A stretch of 61,574 nucleotides of DNA from Thermoanaerobaculia bacterium. GTDB taxonomy: Bacteria; Acidobacteriota; Thermoanaerobaculia; UBA5066; Gp7-AA6. Positions 7,781 to 16,197 of this stretch are shown one piece after another (positions within the stretch are counted from its first letter, which is position 1; each line of letters starts with the position of its first letter). The stretch covers positions 1-61,574 of the forward strand of contig JAWOLE010000065.1 of NCBI GenBank assembly GCA_033853815.1, written 5' to 3'. Under the pieces are notes generated by a model that was given only the letters and a program-made list of their open reading frames with translations, was not told the DNA's origin and ran no database searches. The translations under genes and the position numbers were made by a program.

Positions 7781-9514
7781 CGCCTCTGCGAGCTCCGAGA
7801 ACTCCGGTTCCTCGGGCGCCGGCTGCACGGGGATCGGGGCGATACGCCCCTTCTCGTAGGCCCGCACGAACGCGTCCACGACGACGGGGTCGTACCGCGT
7901 GCCGGCGAACTGCCGGATTCTCTTGACCACGTAGTCGATCTCCATCGCCTGCTGGTAGGGGCGCGCCACGGTCATGGCGTCGAAGGTGTCGGCCACCGTG
8001 ACGATCCGGGCCTGCAGCGGGATCTCCTCCCCCTTCAGGCCCTCGGGGTACCCGCCGCCGCTCCATTTCTCGTGGTGGTACTTCATGCCGGGAATGACAT
8101 CGGCCAGCTGGGGGATGGCCGACATGATGGCGGCGCCCTTGATCGGATGCGTCTTCATGATCTCGAACTCGGCTTCCGTCAGGGCCGTCGGCTTGCGGAT
8201 GATCCGATCATCCACGCCGATCTTGCCGACGTCGTGCAGCTGGGCGGAGAGACGGACCTTCTCCACTTGTGCCGGAGCCAGGCCCATCTCGGCCGCGATC
8301 GTGGCCGCGTAGGCCGCCACCCGGTCGGAGTGGCCTCGCGTGTAAGGGTCCTTGGCGTCGATCGCCTCGGCCAGCGCCCGGATCGAGGAGAGAAACAGCT
8401 CCCGGTTTTCGCGCGCCGCGCTTTGCACCTGATCGAACGCGGCCCGGATCGAGGCGCTCATGCGGTTGAAACTTTCCGAGAGGTCCGCGATCTCCGCCGT
8501 CCCGGCCACCTCCACGGTCGCTCCGTACTGACCCTCGCTGATCGCGTGGGTGGACTGGGCGAGTCTGGCGATGGGAGCGGCGAGGCGCCCGGCGAAGACG
8601 ATCCCGAGGAGGAGCGCCGCCGCGAGCGCGATCGCGCTCCAGATGATCGTGTCCCGCACCATCAGGTCCACCGACGCGAACGCGAGGTCGCGATCGCGCT
8701 CGACGAGAACGCCCCAGTCCGGCTGCCCGACCGGCGCGATCGAGGCGAGGACGGCCCCGCGGGGAGATGGTTCCGAGCGGGTCAGGCGGGCGGGGAAGCG
8801 CATGAAGTCGGCGACGAGAAGCGACTCGCGCCGCCCGGCGGCGCGGCCCACCAGGGGGAACACGATGTCTCCGCCCCGGTCCACGAGCGTGACCCGAACC
8901 TCCCGGTGCGCCTCGTCGCGGAACTCGCTGGCGATCGGCTGCCAGGACACCAGGGCCTCGACGACTCCGGTCCGCCTCTGGCTCTCGTCGGAAATCGGGA
9001 GCGCCAGGACCGCGACGGGGCCCAACTCCGGCAGCCAGAAGGGCTTACCCTGATAGAGCAGGCCGTCGCGCGCGGACTCGAAACCCTTGCGAAACTCGTA
9101 GTCGAGCTCGGCGGACCGCACGTCGGGGCCGACGAACCGGCCTGAGCCGGCGGCGTTGAAGCCGCGCAGGGCCACCAGAGGGGTTCTCCCGCTCAGGAAC
9201 GTCCCGAGGATCCGGGGGCCGTCCTCGGAGGTGAAGGGATCCTTCCCGGTGAGCTGGCCGGCCAGCCAGAGCGAGGCCGCGGCACTCTTCAACCTTTCCC
9301 GCGCCGAGGCGTAGAAGGCCGCCACGTGATCGGCCAGCGCGGAGGAGGAGCGCGTCAGGTACTTCTCTTCGAGCGTCTCGAGAGTCCGGCGGTTCCTGCC
9401 GATGAGCACCACGCCGGAGACGACCAGCGGGACCAGAGAAGCGAGAACGAGCGCCCCCGAAAGGACGACAAAGAGGCGGACTCGGCGCCTCGCGGAACGC
9501 CCGACCACGCGCAA
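7775..9514 (-). CDS. Membrane sensor with HAMP and HD-GYP phosphodiesterase domain
   Basis: N-terminal TM, periplasmic-type sensor region, second TM/HAMP, then QLHDVGKIGV and HHEKWSGGGYPEGL (HD-GYP signature). TTG at 9514 or GTG at 9508. Confidence 0.88.
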   Translation of the reverse strand: MRVVGRSARRRVRLFVVLSGALVLASLVPLVVSGVVLIGRNRRTLETLEEKYLTRSSSALADHVAAFYASARERLKSAAASLWLAGQLTGKDPFTSEDGPRILGTFLSGRTPLVALRGFNAAGSGRFVGPDVRSAELDYEFRKGFESARDGLLYQGKPFWLPELGPVAVLALPISDESQRRTGVVEALVSWQPIASEFRDEAHREVRVTLVDRGGDIVFPLVGRAAGRRESLLVADFMRFPARLTRSEPSPRGAVLASIAPVGQPDWGVLVERDRDLAFASVDLMVRDTIIWSAIALAAALLLGIVFAGRLAAPIARLAQSTHAISEGQYGATVEVAGTAEIADLSESFNRMSASIRAAFDQVQSAARENRELFLSSIRALAEAIDAKDPYTRGHSDRVAAYAATIAAEMGLAPAQVEKVRLSAQLHDVGKIGVDDRIIRKPTALTEAEFEIMKTHPIKGAAIMSAIPQLADVIPGMKYHHEKWSGGGYPEGLKGEEIPLQARIVTVADTFDAMTVARPYQQAMEIDYVVKRIRQFAGTRYDPVVVDAFVRAYEKGRIAPIPVQPAPEEPEFSELAEAL

Positions 9515-9520
9515 ATTATA
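9515..9520 (-). promoter_or_regulatory. Perfect TATAAT hexamer abutting the HD-GYP start region
   Basis: The reverse complement of 9508-9520 is TATAATTTGCGCGTG. A transcript starting about 7 nt after the hexamer would begin at the in-frame GTG (9508), i.e. be leaderless. Confidence 0.3.
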
Positions 9521-9542
9521 CCGCCCGCACCCAACCTGGCTC

Positions 9543-9642
9543 GTAAAACGTCAAACGTTAACCGTCAAACGTGGCGAGGTGAACCCCGAGCAACGGTGTC
9601 TGCCCCGTTCCAACGTTTCACGTTTTACGTTTTACGTTTTAC
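9543..9642. repeat. Inverted heptamer arrays GTNAAAC x4 (9543-9570) and GTTTYAC x4 (9615-9642)
   Basis: gtaaaac gtcaaac gttaacc gtcaaac ... gtttcac gttttac gttttac gttttac. The aroB stop TAA (9639-9641) is inside the last unit. Confidence 0.95.
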
Positions 9643-10724
9643 GGCTCCTGGAGTCGGACGCGCGCGGCGGCTTCGAGCCACTCGGCGATCGGGATCGCCT
9701 CGATGACTCGCGCCCGCCCGATCGCCTCGAGCAGGACCCCCGCCGTCCCGCGCGCATTCCCCTTCTTGTCGCGCGAAAGGTAGCCCTCGAGAGCCGCCGG
9801 GTCGCGCACCGGTTCCGGGAAGGGGCCGAGCGAGTTCAGAACATGTCGGACGCGCGACGCGTCCCGTTCGGGCAGGCGGGCACGCCTCTGCGAGAGATCG
9901 AGCGCCGCCGCGATTCCCCACGCCACGGCCTCCCCGTGGCGCAGGGCCCGATACCCGCCGGCGGCTTCGAAAGCGTGGCCGAGCGTGTGGCCGAAATTCA
10001 GGACTCGCCTGTTCCCCTCTTCTCGGAGGTCTGCGGTCACGACCGCCGCCTTGACGGCGATCGCGCCCGCCAGCAGGGAGAGCAGCGGCCCCTCTTCCCG
10101 GCGCAGCAGGCGATCGATCGCCTCCTCGGCCTCTCGCGCGAGCGACGCGTCGGCGATCCAGGCTCCCTTGAAGGCCTCGACCAGGCCCGCGCGGAAATCG
10201 CGGTCGGGCAGCGTCGCGGCCGCCCCGGGATCCACGAGTATGGCGCGCGGGGGATGAAAGGCGCCGAGCAGGTTCTTTCCGGCCGGGTGATCGACGCCCG
10301 TTTTGCCGCCGATCGCCGCGTCCGCCATGGCCCCGGTCGTCGTCGGGACGGCGTTCCAGGGGATGCCGCGCAGCAGGATCGCGGCCGCGAATCCCGCCAC
10401 GTCGGACACGACGCCTCCTCCGACGGCGACGAACGCGTCGTCGCGGCGGACTCCCGCCGCAATCGCCGCGTCCGCGATCTTCGAGACGGTCTCCAGGGTC
10501 TTCGCCTCCTCCCGATCGTCGATCTCCAGGCTCGTCAGCACCCGGCCGGCGAGGACGTCGCGGATCCGCTCGGCCGGAACGCGGGCGCCCCGCGAGGAGA
10601 CGAGCAGGAAGCGTCCCGAGGGAGACTCCAGATACCGTCCGGCTTCGGCCAGGAGGCCGGTTCCGATCCAGGCGACGCTGCCGGAAGAGCCGGAGCCGAT
10701 CGCGATCCGGCGCGGCTCCTTCAC
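9639..10724 (-). CDS. aroB: 3-dehydroquinate synthase
   Basis: VAVGGGVVSDVAGFAAA, GGKTGVDHPAGKNLLGAFHPP, NFGHTLGHAFE. The GTG start overlaps the aspS stop (GTGA). Confidence 0.9.
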   Translation of the reverse strand: MKEPRRIAIGSGSSGSVAWIGTGLLAEAGRYLESPSGRFLLVSSRGARVPAERIRDVLAGRVLTSLEIDDREEAKTLETVSKIADAAIAAGVRRDDAFVAVGGGVVSDVAGFAAAILLRGIPWNAVPTTTGAMADAAIGGKTGVDHPAGKNLLGAFHPPRAILVDPGAAATLPDRDFRAGLVEAFKGAWIADASLAREAEEAIDRLLRREEGPLLSLLAGAIAVKAAVVTADLREEGNRRVLNFGHTLGHAFEAAGGYRALRHGEAVAWGIAAALDLSQRRARLPERDASRVRHVLNSLGPFPEPVRDPAALEGYLSRDKKGNARGTAGVLLEAIGRARVIEAIPIAEWLEAAARVRLQEP

Positions 10725-12490
10725 GGACGCGGAGTCTGCGGCAGCTCGATCCCGAGCTCCCGGAGCTGGTCGGCGGCGACCTCCGACGGCGCCTTCATCA
10801 TGAGGTCCAGGCCCGAGGTGGTCTTGGGGAACGCGATGACGTCCCGGATCGAAGAGGCGCCGGCCGCGATCGCGCAGATGCGGTCGAGCCCGAGCGCGAT
10901 GCCTCCGTGCGGCGGCGCGCCGTAACGCAGGGCGTCGAGAAGGAACCCGAACCGCTGCCTTCCCTCCTCCGGCGATATGCCGAGCAGGCGGAAGACCCGC
11001 TCCTGCACGTCGGCACGGTGGATCCGGATGGAGCCGGAGCCAAGCTCCCAGCCGTTGACGACCACGTCGTAGGCGTACGCCCGGACGCCGCCCGGATCGG
11101 CTTCGAGACGCTCCAGGTCCTCCTCCCGCGGCGCGGTGAACGGGTGGTTCATCGGAAACCAGCAGCGCGCCTCCTCATCGAAGCCGAAGAGGGGAAACTC
11201 GGTGACCCAGCAGAAGACGTATTTCGACTCGTCGACGAGCTTCAACTCCCGCGCCGCCGCGGCGCGCAGGGCGGACAGGGCCGCGAAAACGGCCTTGGCT
11301 TTGTCGGCGACCATCACGAGGAGGTCGCCCGCGGCAAGCCCGCCGGCCTGCGCAAGGCGCTCGAGTACGCCGGGCGCGAGATGCCTGGCGGCGGGAGAGG
11401 CGAGCGTCTCTTCCTTCTTGATCCAGACGAGGCCGGCCGCGCCGTGCTCGCGGGCAAGGGCGGTCCATTCCTCGAGCCGCTTGCGCGAGACGGCCGCCCC
11501 GCCGGGCAGCCGGATTCCGCGCACCGCGCCGCCCGCCGCGAGCGCCTTCTCGAAGGGGGAGAACCCGCTGCCGGCCGAGACCGCGGAGAGATCCATCAGC
11601 GGCAGGTCGTAGCGCAGGTCGGGCCGGTCGGTGCCGTAGCGCTCCATCGCGTCGCGGTAGGTCAGCCTCCGGAAGGGCCGCTCGCACCCGATACCCGCCG
11701 CGGCGAACGCCTCGACGAGCAGGGCCTCGACGGCGTCGAAAACGTCCTCCTCGGTCGGGAAGGAGATCTCGATATCGATCTGCGTGAACTCGAACTGGCG
11801 GTCGGCGCGCAGGTCTTCGTCCCGGAAGCAGCGGGCGATCTGGACGTACTTCTCCAGGCCCGAGATCATCAGGAGCTGTTTGAAGAGCTGCGGCGACTGC
11901 GGCAGCGCGTAGAACCGCCCCTTGTGCGCGCGCGAAGGCACCAGGAAGTCCCGCGCCCCCTCGGGGGTCGAGCGCGTCAGCATCGGGGTCTCGATCTCCA
12001 GGAACCCCCGCTCGTGGAGGACCCGGCGCACGCGGAAGGTCATCTCGTCGCGCAGCATCAGGTTCTTCTGCATGGCGGGGCGGCGAAGATCGAGGTAGCG
12101 GTATTCCAGGCGCAGTTCCTCGGTCGCGTTGGTGCGGTCCTCGACGACGAAGGGGGGCGTTTCGGACCGCGAGAGAAACTCCAGGCGCGAGGCCAGGACC
12201 TCGACGTCCCCGGTCGCCATGTCGGACCGGCGCTGCGCCGGCGCTCGCGAGGCGACCTCCCCCTCGATCTCGACGACGTCCTCGCTTCGGGCTTCCGCCG
12301 CCGCGGCCACCGCCTCCTGCGGGCAGCGGCCCTTGTCGAAGACCACCTGGACCATGCCGCTCCTGTCGCGGACCGTCAGGAAGATCAACTCCCCCAGGTC
12401 GCGCCGGCGGCCGACCCAGCCCTGGAGGCGCACACGCCGGCCGGTGTCGGCCGCCCGCAGCGTTCCGGCCGGATCCCGGGGCAGGCTCAC
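10721..12490 (-). CDS. aspS: Aspartyl-tRNA synthetase
   Basis: Class II aaRS blocks PQLFKQLLM, RCFRDEDLRADRQFEFTQID, PPHGGIALGLDR. The GTG start overlaps the hisS stop. Confidence 0.95.
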   Translation of the reverse strand: MSLPRDPAGTLRAADTGRRVRLQGWVGRRRDLGELIFLTVRDRSGMVQVVFDKGRCPQEAVAAAAEARSEDVVEIEGEVASRAPAQRRSDMATGDVEVLASRLEFLSRSETPPFVVEDRTNATEELRLEYRYLDLRRPAMQKNLMLRDEMTFRVRRVLHERGFLEIETPMLTRSTPEGARDFLVPSRAHKGRFYALPQSPQLFKQLLMISGLEKYVQIARCFRDEDLRADRQFEFTQIDIEISFPTEEDVFDAVEALLVEAFAAAGIGCERPFRRLTYRDAMERYGTDRPDLRYDLPLMDLSAVSAGSGFSPFEKALAAGGAVRGIRLPGGAAVSRKRLEEWTALAREHGAAGLVWIKKEETLASPAARHLAPGVLERLAQAGGLAAGDLLVMVADKAKAVFAALSALRAAAARELKLVDESKYVFCWVTEFPLFGFDEEARCWFPMNHPFTAPREEDLERLEADPGGVRAYAYDVVVNGWELGSGSIRIHRADVQERVFRLLGISPEEGRQRFGFLLDALRYGAPPHGGIALGLDRICAIAAGASSIRDVIAFPKTTSGLDLMMKAPSEVAADQLRELGIELPQTPRP

Positions 12491-13788
12491 GGACGCGCCT
12501 CGAGGAGGCCGCTCAGTCGTGCGACGAGCTCGCCGCGCGGGACGGTCTCCTGATCGCCCGTGGCAAGCCTCTTGAAAGTCACCATCCCCGCTTCCCTCTC
12601 CCGCGCGCCGATCAGCACCGCGAAGATCTTCTCCCGATCCAGGCCCCGCGCGGCCGCCTCCTCGAAGATCGCGTTGCCGCGCGCCATCGCCTTCTTGAAA
12701 CCGCGCGCGAGCAGGTCCACCTCGACCGAGCCCGGGACCGCGGCGCGCAGCTCCTCGGCCAGCCGGAGCGCCTCCTCCAGATCCTCCGCGCTCTGGGGCA
12801 GGACGAAGAATAGCGGACGCGCCGCCGCCGGCGCCGGCGCGGCCTGCAGGAGGCGGTCCTCCCCGATCGCGAACCCGATGGCGGGCAGCGGGGGGCCTCC
12901 CAGGGATTCGACAAGGTTGTCGTAGCGCCCGCCCCCGAGGATCGCGTCCTGCGCCCCGAGATCCGCCGAGACGACCTCGAAGACCGTGCGCGTGTAGTAG
13001 TCGAGGCCGCGCACGAGCGACGGCTCGTCTCGAAAGGGAATACGCGCCTGCCCGAGCAGCCGCCGGACCTCGTCGTGGTGCCGGCGAGATTCGGCGTCCA
13101 GAAAGTCGAGCGTCCCGGGGGAGCCCTCGAGCGCCGCCCGCACGGCCGCGTCCTTGGAATCGAAGAGGCGCAGCGGGTTCTCCGCGAGCTTTCGGCGATC
13201 GTCCTCGCCGAAGCGGGGGGAGCGGGGCTCGAGATACGCCCGCAGGGCCTCGCCGAACTCCTCGCGGGAGCGCGCCGTCCCGACGGAGTTGAGCGACACG
13301 GACAGCGCACGGAACCCCAGAGCGCCGAGGAACGCGAAGAGCATCGTCAGGACCTCGACCTCCGCCGCTGGGCCCGGCACGCCGAACAGCTCGACGCCGA
13401 TCTGCCGGAACTCGCGGTAACGGGCGGCCTGAGGGCGCTCGTAGCGAAACTGCGGACCCGCGTACCAGAGGCGCAGCGGCATCGGTCCCGCCGCGAGGCC
13501 GCGCTCGATCACCGCGCGCACCACGCCGGCGGTGTTCTCGGGGCGCAGCGAGAGCGAGCGGCCCTTGCGGTCGGGAAACGTGTACATCTCCTTGTGCACG
13601 ATGTCGGTCGTCTCCCCGACCGACCGCGCGAAGAGCTCCGTCGATTCCAGGCAGGGCGTGCGCACCTCGCCGTATCCGTAGGATCCGAACACCCGGCCGG
13701 CCAGGGCCTCCGCCTGCGCGAACCGCTCGCTCTCCGGCGGAAACAGGTCGCGCGTTCCCTTGACGGCTCGGTAGGCCGGGCCGCTCAC
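12487..13788 (-). CDS. hisS: Histidyl-tRNA synthetase
   Basis: VKGTRDLFP, LRPENTAGVVRA, FRYERPQAARYREFRQIG, GGGRYDNLV. GTG at 13788 overlaps the upstream stop. The longer 630-aa track ORF is an Arg-rich extension. Confidence 0.93.
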   Translation of the reverse strand: MSGPAYRAVKGTRDLFPPESERFAQAEALAGRVFGSYGYGEVRTPCLESTELFARSVGETTDIVHKEMYTFPDRKGRSLSLRPENTAGVVRAVIERGLAAGPMPLRLWYAGPQFRYERPQAARYREFRQIGVELFGVPGPAAEVEVLTMLFAFLGALGFRALSVSLNSVGTARSREEFGEALRAYLEPRSPRFGEDDRRKLAENPLRLFDSKDAAVRAALEGSPGTLDFLDAESRRHHDEVRRLLGQARIPFRDEPSLVRGLDYYTRTVFEVVSADLGAQDAILGGGRYDNLVESLGGPPLPAIGFAIGEDRLLQAAPAPAAARPLFFVLPQSAEDLEEALRLAEELRAAVPGSVEVDLLARGFKKAMARGNAIFEEAAARGLDREKIFAVLIGAREREAGMVTFKRLATGDQETVPRGELVARLSGLLEARP

Positions 13789-14318
13789 CGCGCCCACGCC
13801 CCGTCGAGGCGGAAGTACTCCTTTTTGTACTCGAGGTAGTTCAGGTGGTAGCGCTTCAAATCCTCGACCTCGGCGTCGGACAGGACCTTGACCTGCCGCG
13901 CCGGCGCCCCGAGCCAGACCGTGCGCGCGGGCACCACCGTGCGGGGGGACACGAGCGCGCCGGCACCGATCAGCGCGGATTCGCCGACGTCGGCCCCGTC
14001 GAGCACGGTCGCCCCCATGCCGATCAGGGCGCCCTTCCGGATGACCGCGCCGTGCACGATCGCGCCGTGGCCCAGGGTCACCTCCTCCTCGAGGACGGTC
14101 GGGTAGCGGCCCTGCAGGACATGGATCGCGCAGTTGTCCTGGACGTTGGTACGGTCGCCGATGCGGATGGAGTGGCAGTCCCCGCGCACGACCGAGTTGT
14201 ACCAGACCGAGACGTCGTCGCCGAGGACGACGTCCCCGATGATCGCCGCCGTCTCGGCGAGGTAGACGCGCTCGCCGATCCGAGGCCTCTTGCCCCCGTA
14301 CTCCTTGATCAGTCCCAT
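13785..14318 (-). CDS. Gamma-carbonic-anhydrase-like hexapeptide-repeat (LbH) protein
   Basis: MGLIKEYGGKRPRIGERVYLAETAAIIGDVVLGDDVSVWYNSVVRGD...NVQDNCAIHV is typical of the gamma-CA/YrdA family. ATG at 14318. The track extension to 14432 runs into a repeat element. Confidence 0.85.
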   Translation of the reverse strand: MGLIKEYGGKRPRIGERVYLAETAAIIGDVVLGDDVSVWYNSVVRGDCHSIRIGDRTNVQDNCAIHVLQGRYPTVLEEEVTLGHGAIVHGAVIRKGALIGMGATVLDGADVGESALIGAGALVSPRTVVPARTVWLGAPARQVKVLSDAEVEDLKRYHLNYLEYKKEYFRLDGAWAR

Positions 14319-14337
14319 TGTGGGCGGAGAATCTAGC

Positions 14338-14520
14338 ACGTCGCTTCGCGCTTGCGCGGGCTCTGCGCCTTCGGCGCACCGGCGAGCGGCTCGCCCGGAT
14401 GCGGGCTCGACCGCTAGCCTGACCCCGCTCAAGCGCTACGCTCCCGCGGCGCGCGCCTCGGCTTTCGGCGCAGGCGGTCGCTGCGCGACCGGCGCCGAGA
14501 GTTTCAAATACGAGGGCTAA
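14338..14520 (-). repeat. Family-1 modular GC-rich REP/BIME-like element, copy a (modules M2+M3, inverted)
   Basis: The reverse complement reads TAGCCCTCGTATTTGAAACTCTCGGCGCCGGTCGCGCAGCGACCGCCTGCGCCG (M2), then GAGGCGCGCGCCGCGGGAGCGTAGCGC...GCGGTCGAGCCCGCATCCGGGCGAGCCGCTCGCCGGTGCGC (M3). Confidence 0.85.
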
Positions 14521-14557
14521 TCTATGCCGCGACCAGGGCCCGATCCCCCGTGCGTCC

Positions 14558-15172
14558 TTACGGATCCGCTGGCCAGGGATAGGCCCCGCGGCGAAGGAGG
14601 ACCGGCGGATCCACCGTGGCGTCGATCAGGGTCGAGGGCAGCCGGCCGGGCGTCCTCCCGCCGTCCACGAGCAGGTCCAGGCGCCCCTCGAAGGCGCGCG
14701 CCACGTCGTCGGGGTCCTCGAGCGGGGGCGCGTCGGATCGGTTCGCGCTCGTCGCCGTGACCGCGCCGATTTCCTCGAGCAGGGCCCGGAGGTCCGGGGC
14801 GCCCGGGATGCGGACGGCGAGCGTCGCGAGGCCGCGCGAGGCGGCGATCGGCTTCTCGAGCGGCAGGACGACCGTCAAAGGCGCCGGCCAGAGGGCGAGG
14901 TAGCGGTCGAGCAGGGCCCCGGGCGCGGCGACGCCGAGACCGGCGAGCTGCCCGGGCGTTGCGAAGACGACGGGGAGGGGCTTGCGGTCGTCCCGCCCCT
15001 TGGCTTCCAGGACGCGGCGGACGCCGTCCTCGCTCCTCGGGTCCGCCGCCAGGCCGTAGAAGGTCTCGGTCGGGAGGGCCGCGACCCCGCCGGCGGAGAG
15101 GAGCGCGCGAAGCCGCCGGATCTCCTCCGGCGACCCTTTGAGCCGCGCGAGCGAAATGCGGCGCAGCGTCAC
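14558..15172 (-). CDS. tsaC: L-threonylcarbamoyladenylate synthase (YrdC/Sua5 family)
   Basis: ALPTETFYGLAADP and TATSANRSD blocks. The GTG start overlaps the thiF-like stop. Confidence 0.85.
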   Translation of the reverse strand: MTLRRISLARLKGSPEEIRRLRALLSAGGVAALPTETFYGLAADPRSEDGVRRVLEAKGRDDRKPLPVVFATPGQLAGLGVAAPGALLDRYLALWPAPLTVVLPLEKPIAASRGLATLAVRIPGAPDLRALLEEIGAVTATSANRSDAPPLEDPDDVARAFEGRLDLLVDGGRTPGRLPSTLIDATVDPPVLLRRGAYPWPADP

Positions 15173-16197
15173 CTCCCGACGTAGCGCTCGTAGAGAGCGC
15201 GGGCGAGCGCCGGGTCGCCCGTGCCGCGAACGATGCAGCGCCCGTCGGAGAAGACCGTCAGGGTCACGCCCTCGACCTCCGCCGAGAGCAGCTGTGCGGA
15301 GCGGCGCACCCGGCCGACGCGGGCGAGGCGCGACTCGAGGGCGGCGAAATCCGGCCGCTCCCGATCCAAAAGGGAGATCTGCACGGAGTTACGCCCGCAG
15401 AGCTTGACGACTTCCGAGGCCCCCTCCCCCTCGAGCGCGGGGAACCGGCGTCCCGCGCACACGGGACAGGCGGGAGAAGGCCGGGCGTTCTCGAAGAGAC
15501 GCCGCGCTGCGAGCTCCCCCTCCCAGACGGCGACCGACAGGACGCCCCGGGAAGCCGGGCGGCCGACCGCCAGGCGCAGCGCCTCGGTCAAGCCTGCCGA
15601 AGCGACGAGCATCGGGAGAGTCGGGACGACTCCGACCGTATCGCAGGTCGGCCCCGAGCCGGCCGGGGGCAAGGCTTCGAGGTAGCAGCGCAGACAGGGC
15701 GTTTGTCCCGGCACGCTCGCCGCGACCAATCCCTCCTCGCCGACGCAGGCGGCGTACACCGACGGGAGGCCGAGCGCCCGGGCCGCGTCGGAGACGAGAA
15801 GGCGCGTCTCGAAGTTGTCGGACCCGTCGAACACGAGGTCATGCCCGCCGAGAATCTCTCGCGCATTGTGGCGGTCGAGATCGGCGACCACGCCCGCGAC
15901 CGTGAGGTCCGGCGCGATCTCCAGCAGCCTTGCGGCGGCGGCCGCGGCCTTGGACGCCCCGCGCTCGGCGTCCTCCGCGTCGAAGAGGAACTGACGCGCG
16001 AGATTGGACTCTTCGACGACGTCCCGGTCGACGATGGTGATCCTTCCGACGCCCGCGCGCGCCGCGGACTCGGCGGCCGCCGCCCCCACCGCGCCAGCTC
16101 CGACAAACGCGATGGAGAAGGCGCGAATGCGCTCCTGACCCTCCTTCCCGATGCCCGGGAAGAGGATCGAACGGGAGTGCCGATTCAATTGGTTCAT
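15169..16197 (-). CDS. ThiF/MoeB-family E1-like adenylyltransferase
   Basis: FVGAGAVGAAAAESAARAGVGRITIVDRDVVEESNLARQ (Rossmann plus NLxRQ) and zinc CxxC pairs CLRC and CPVC. Confidence 0.85.
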   Translation of the reverse strand: MNQLNRHSRSILFPGIGKEGQERIRAFSIAFVGAGAVGAAAAESAARAGVGRITIVDRDVVEESNLARQFLFDAEDAERGASKAAAAAARLLEIAPDLTVAGVVADLDRHNAREILGGHDLVFDGSDNFETRLLVSDAARALGLPSVYAACVGEEGLVAASVPGQTPCLRCYLEALPPAGSGPTCDTVGVVPTLPMLVASAGLTEALRLAVGRPASRGVLSVAVWEGELAARRLFENARPSPACPVCAGRRFPALEGEGASEVVKLCGRNSVQISLLDRERPDFAALESRLARVGRVRRSAQLLSAEVEGVTLTVFSDGRCIVRGTGDPALARALYERYVGR

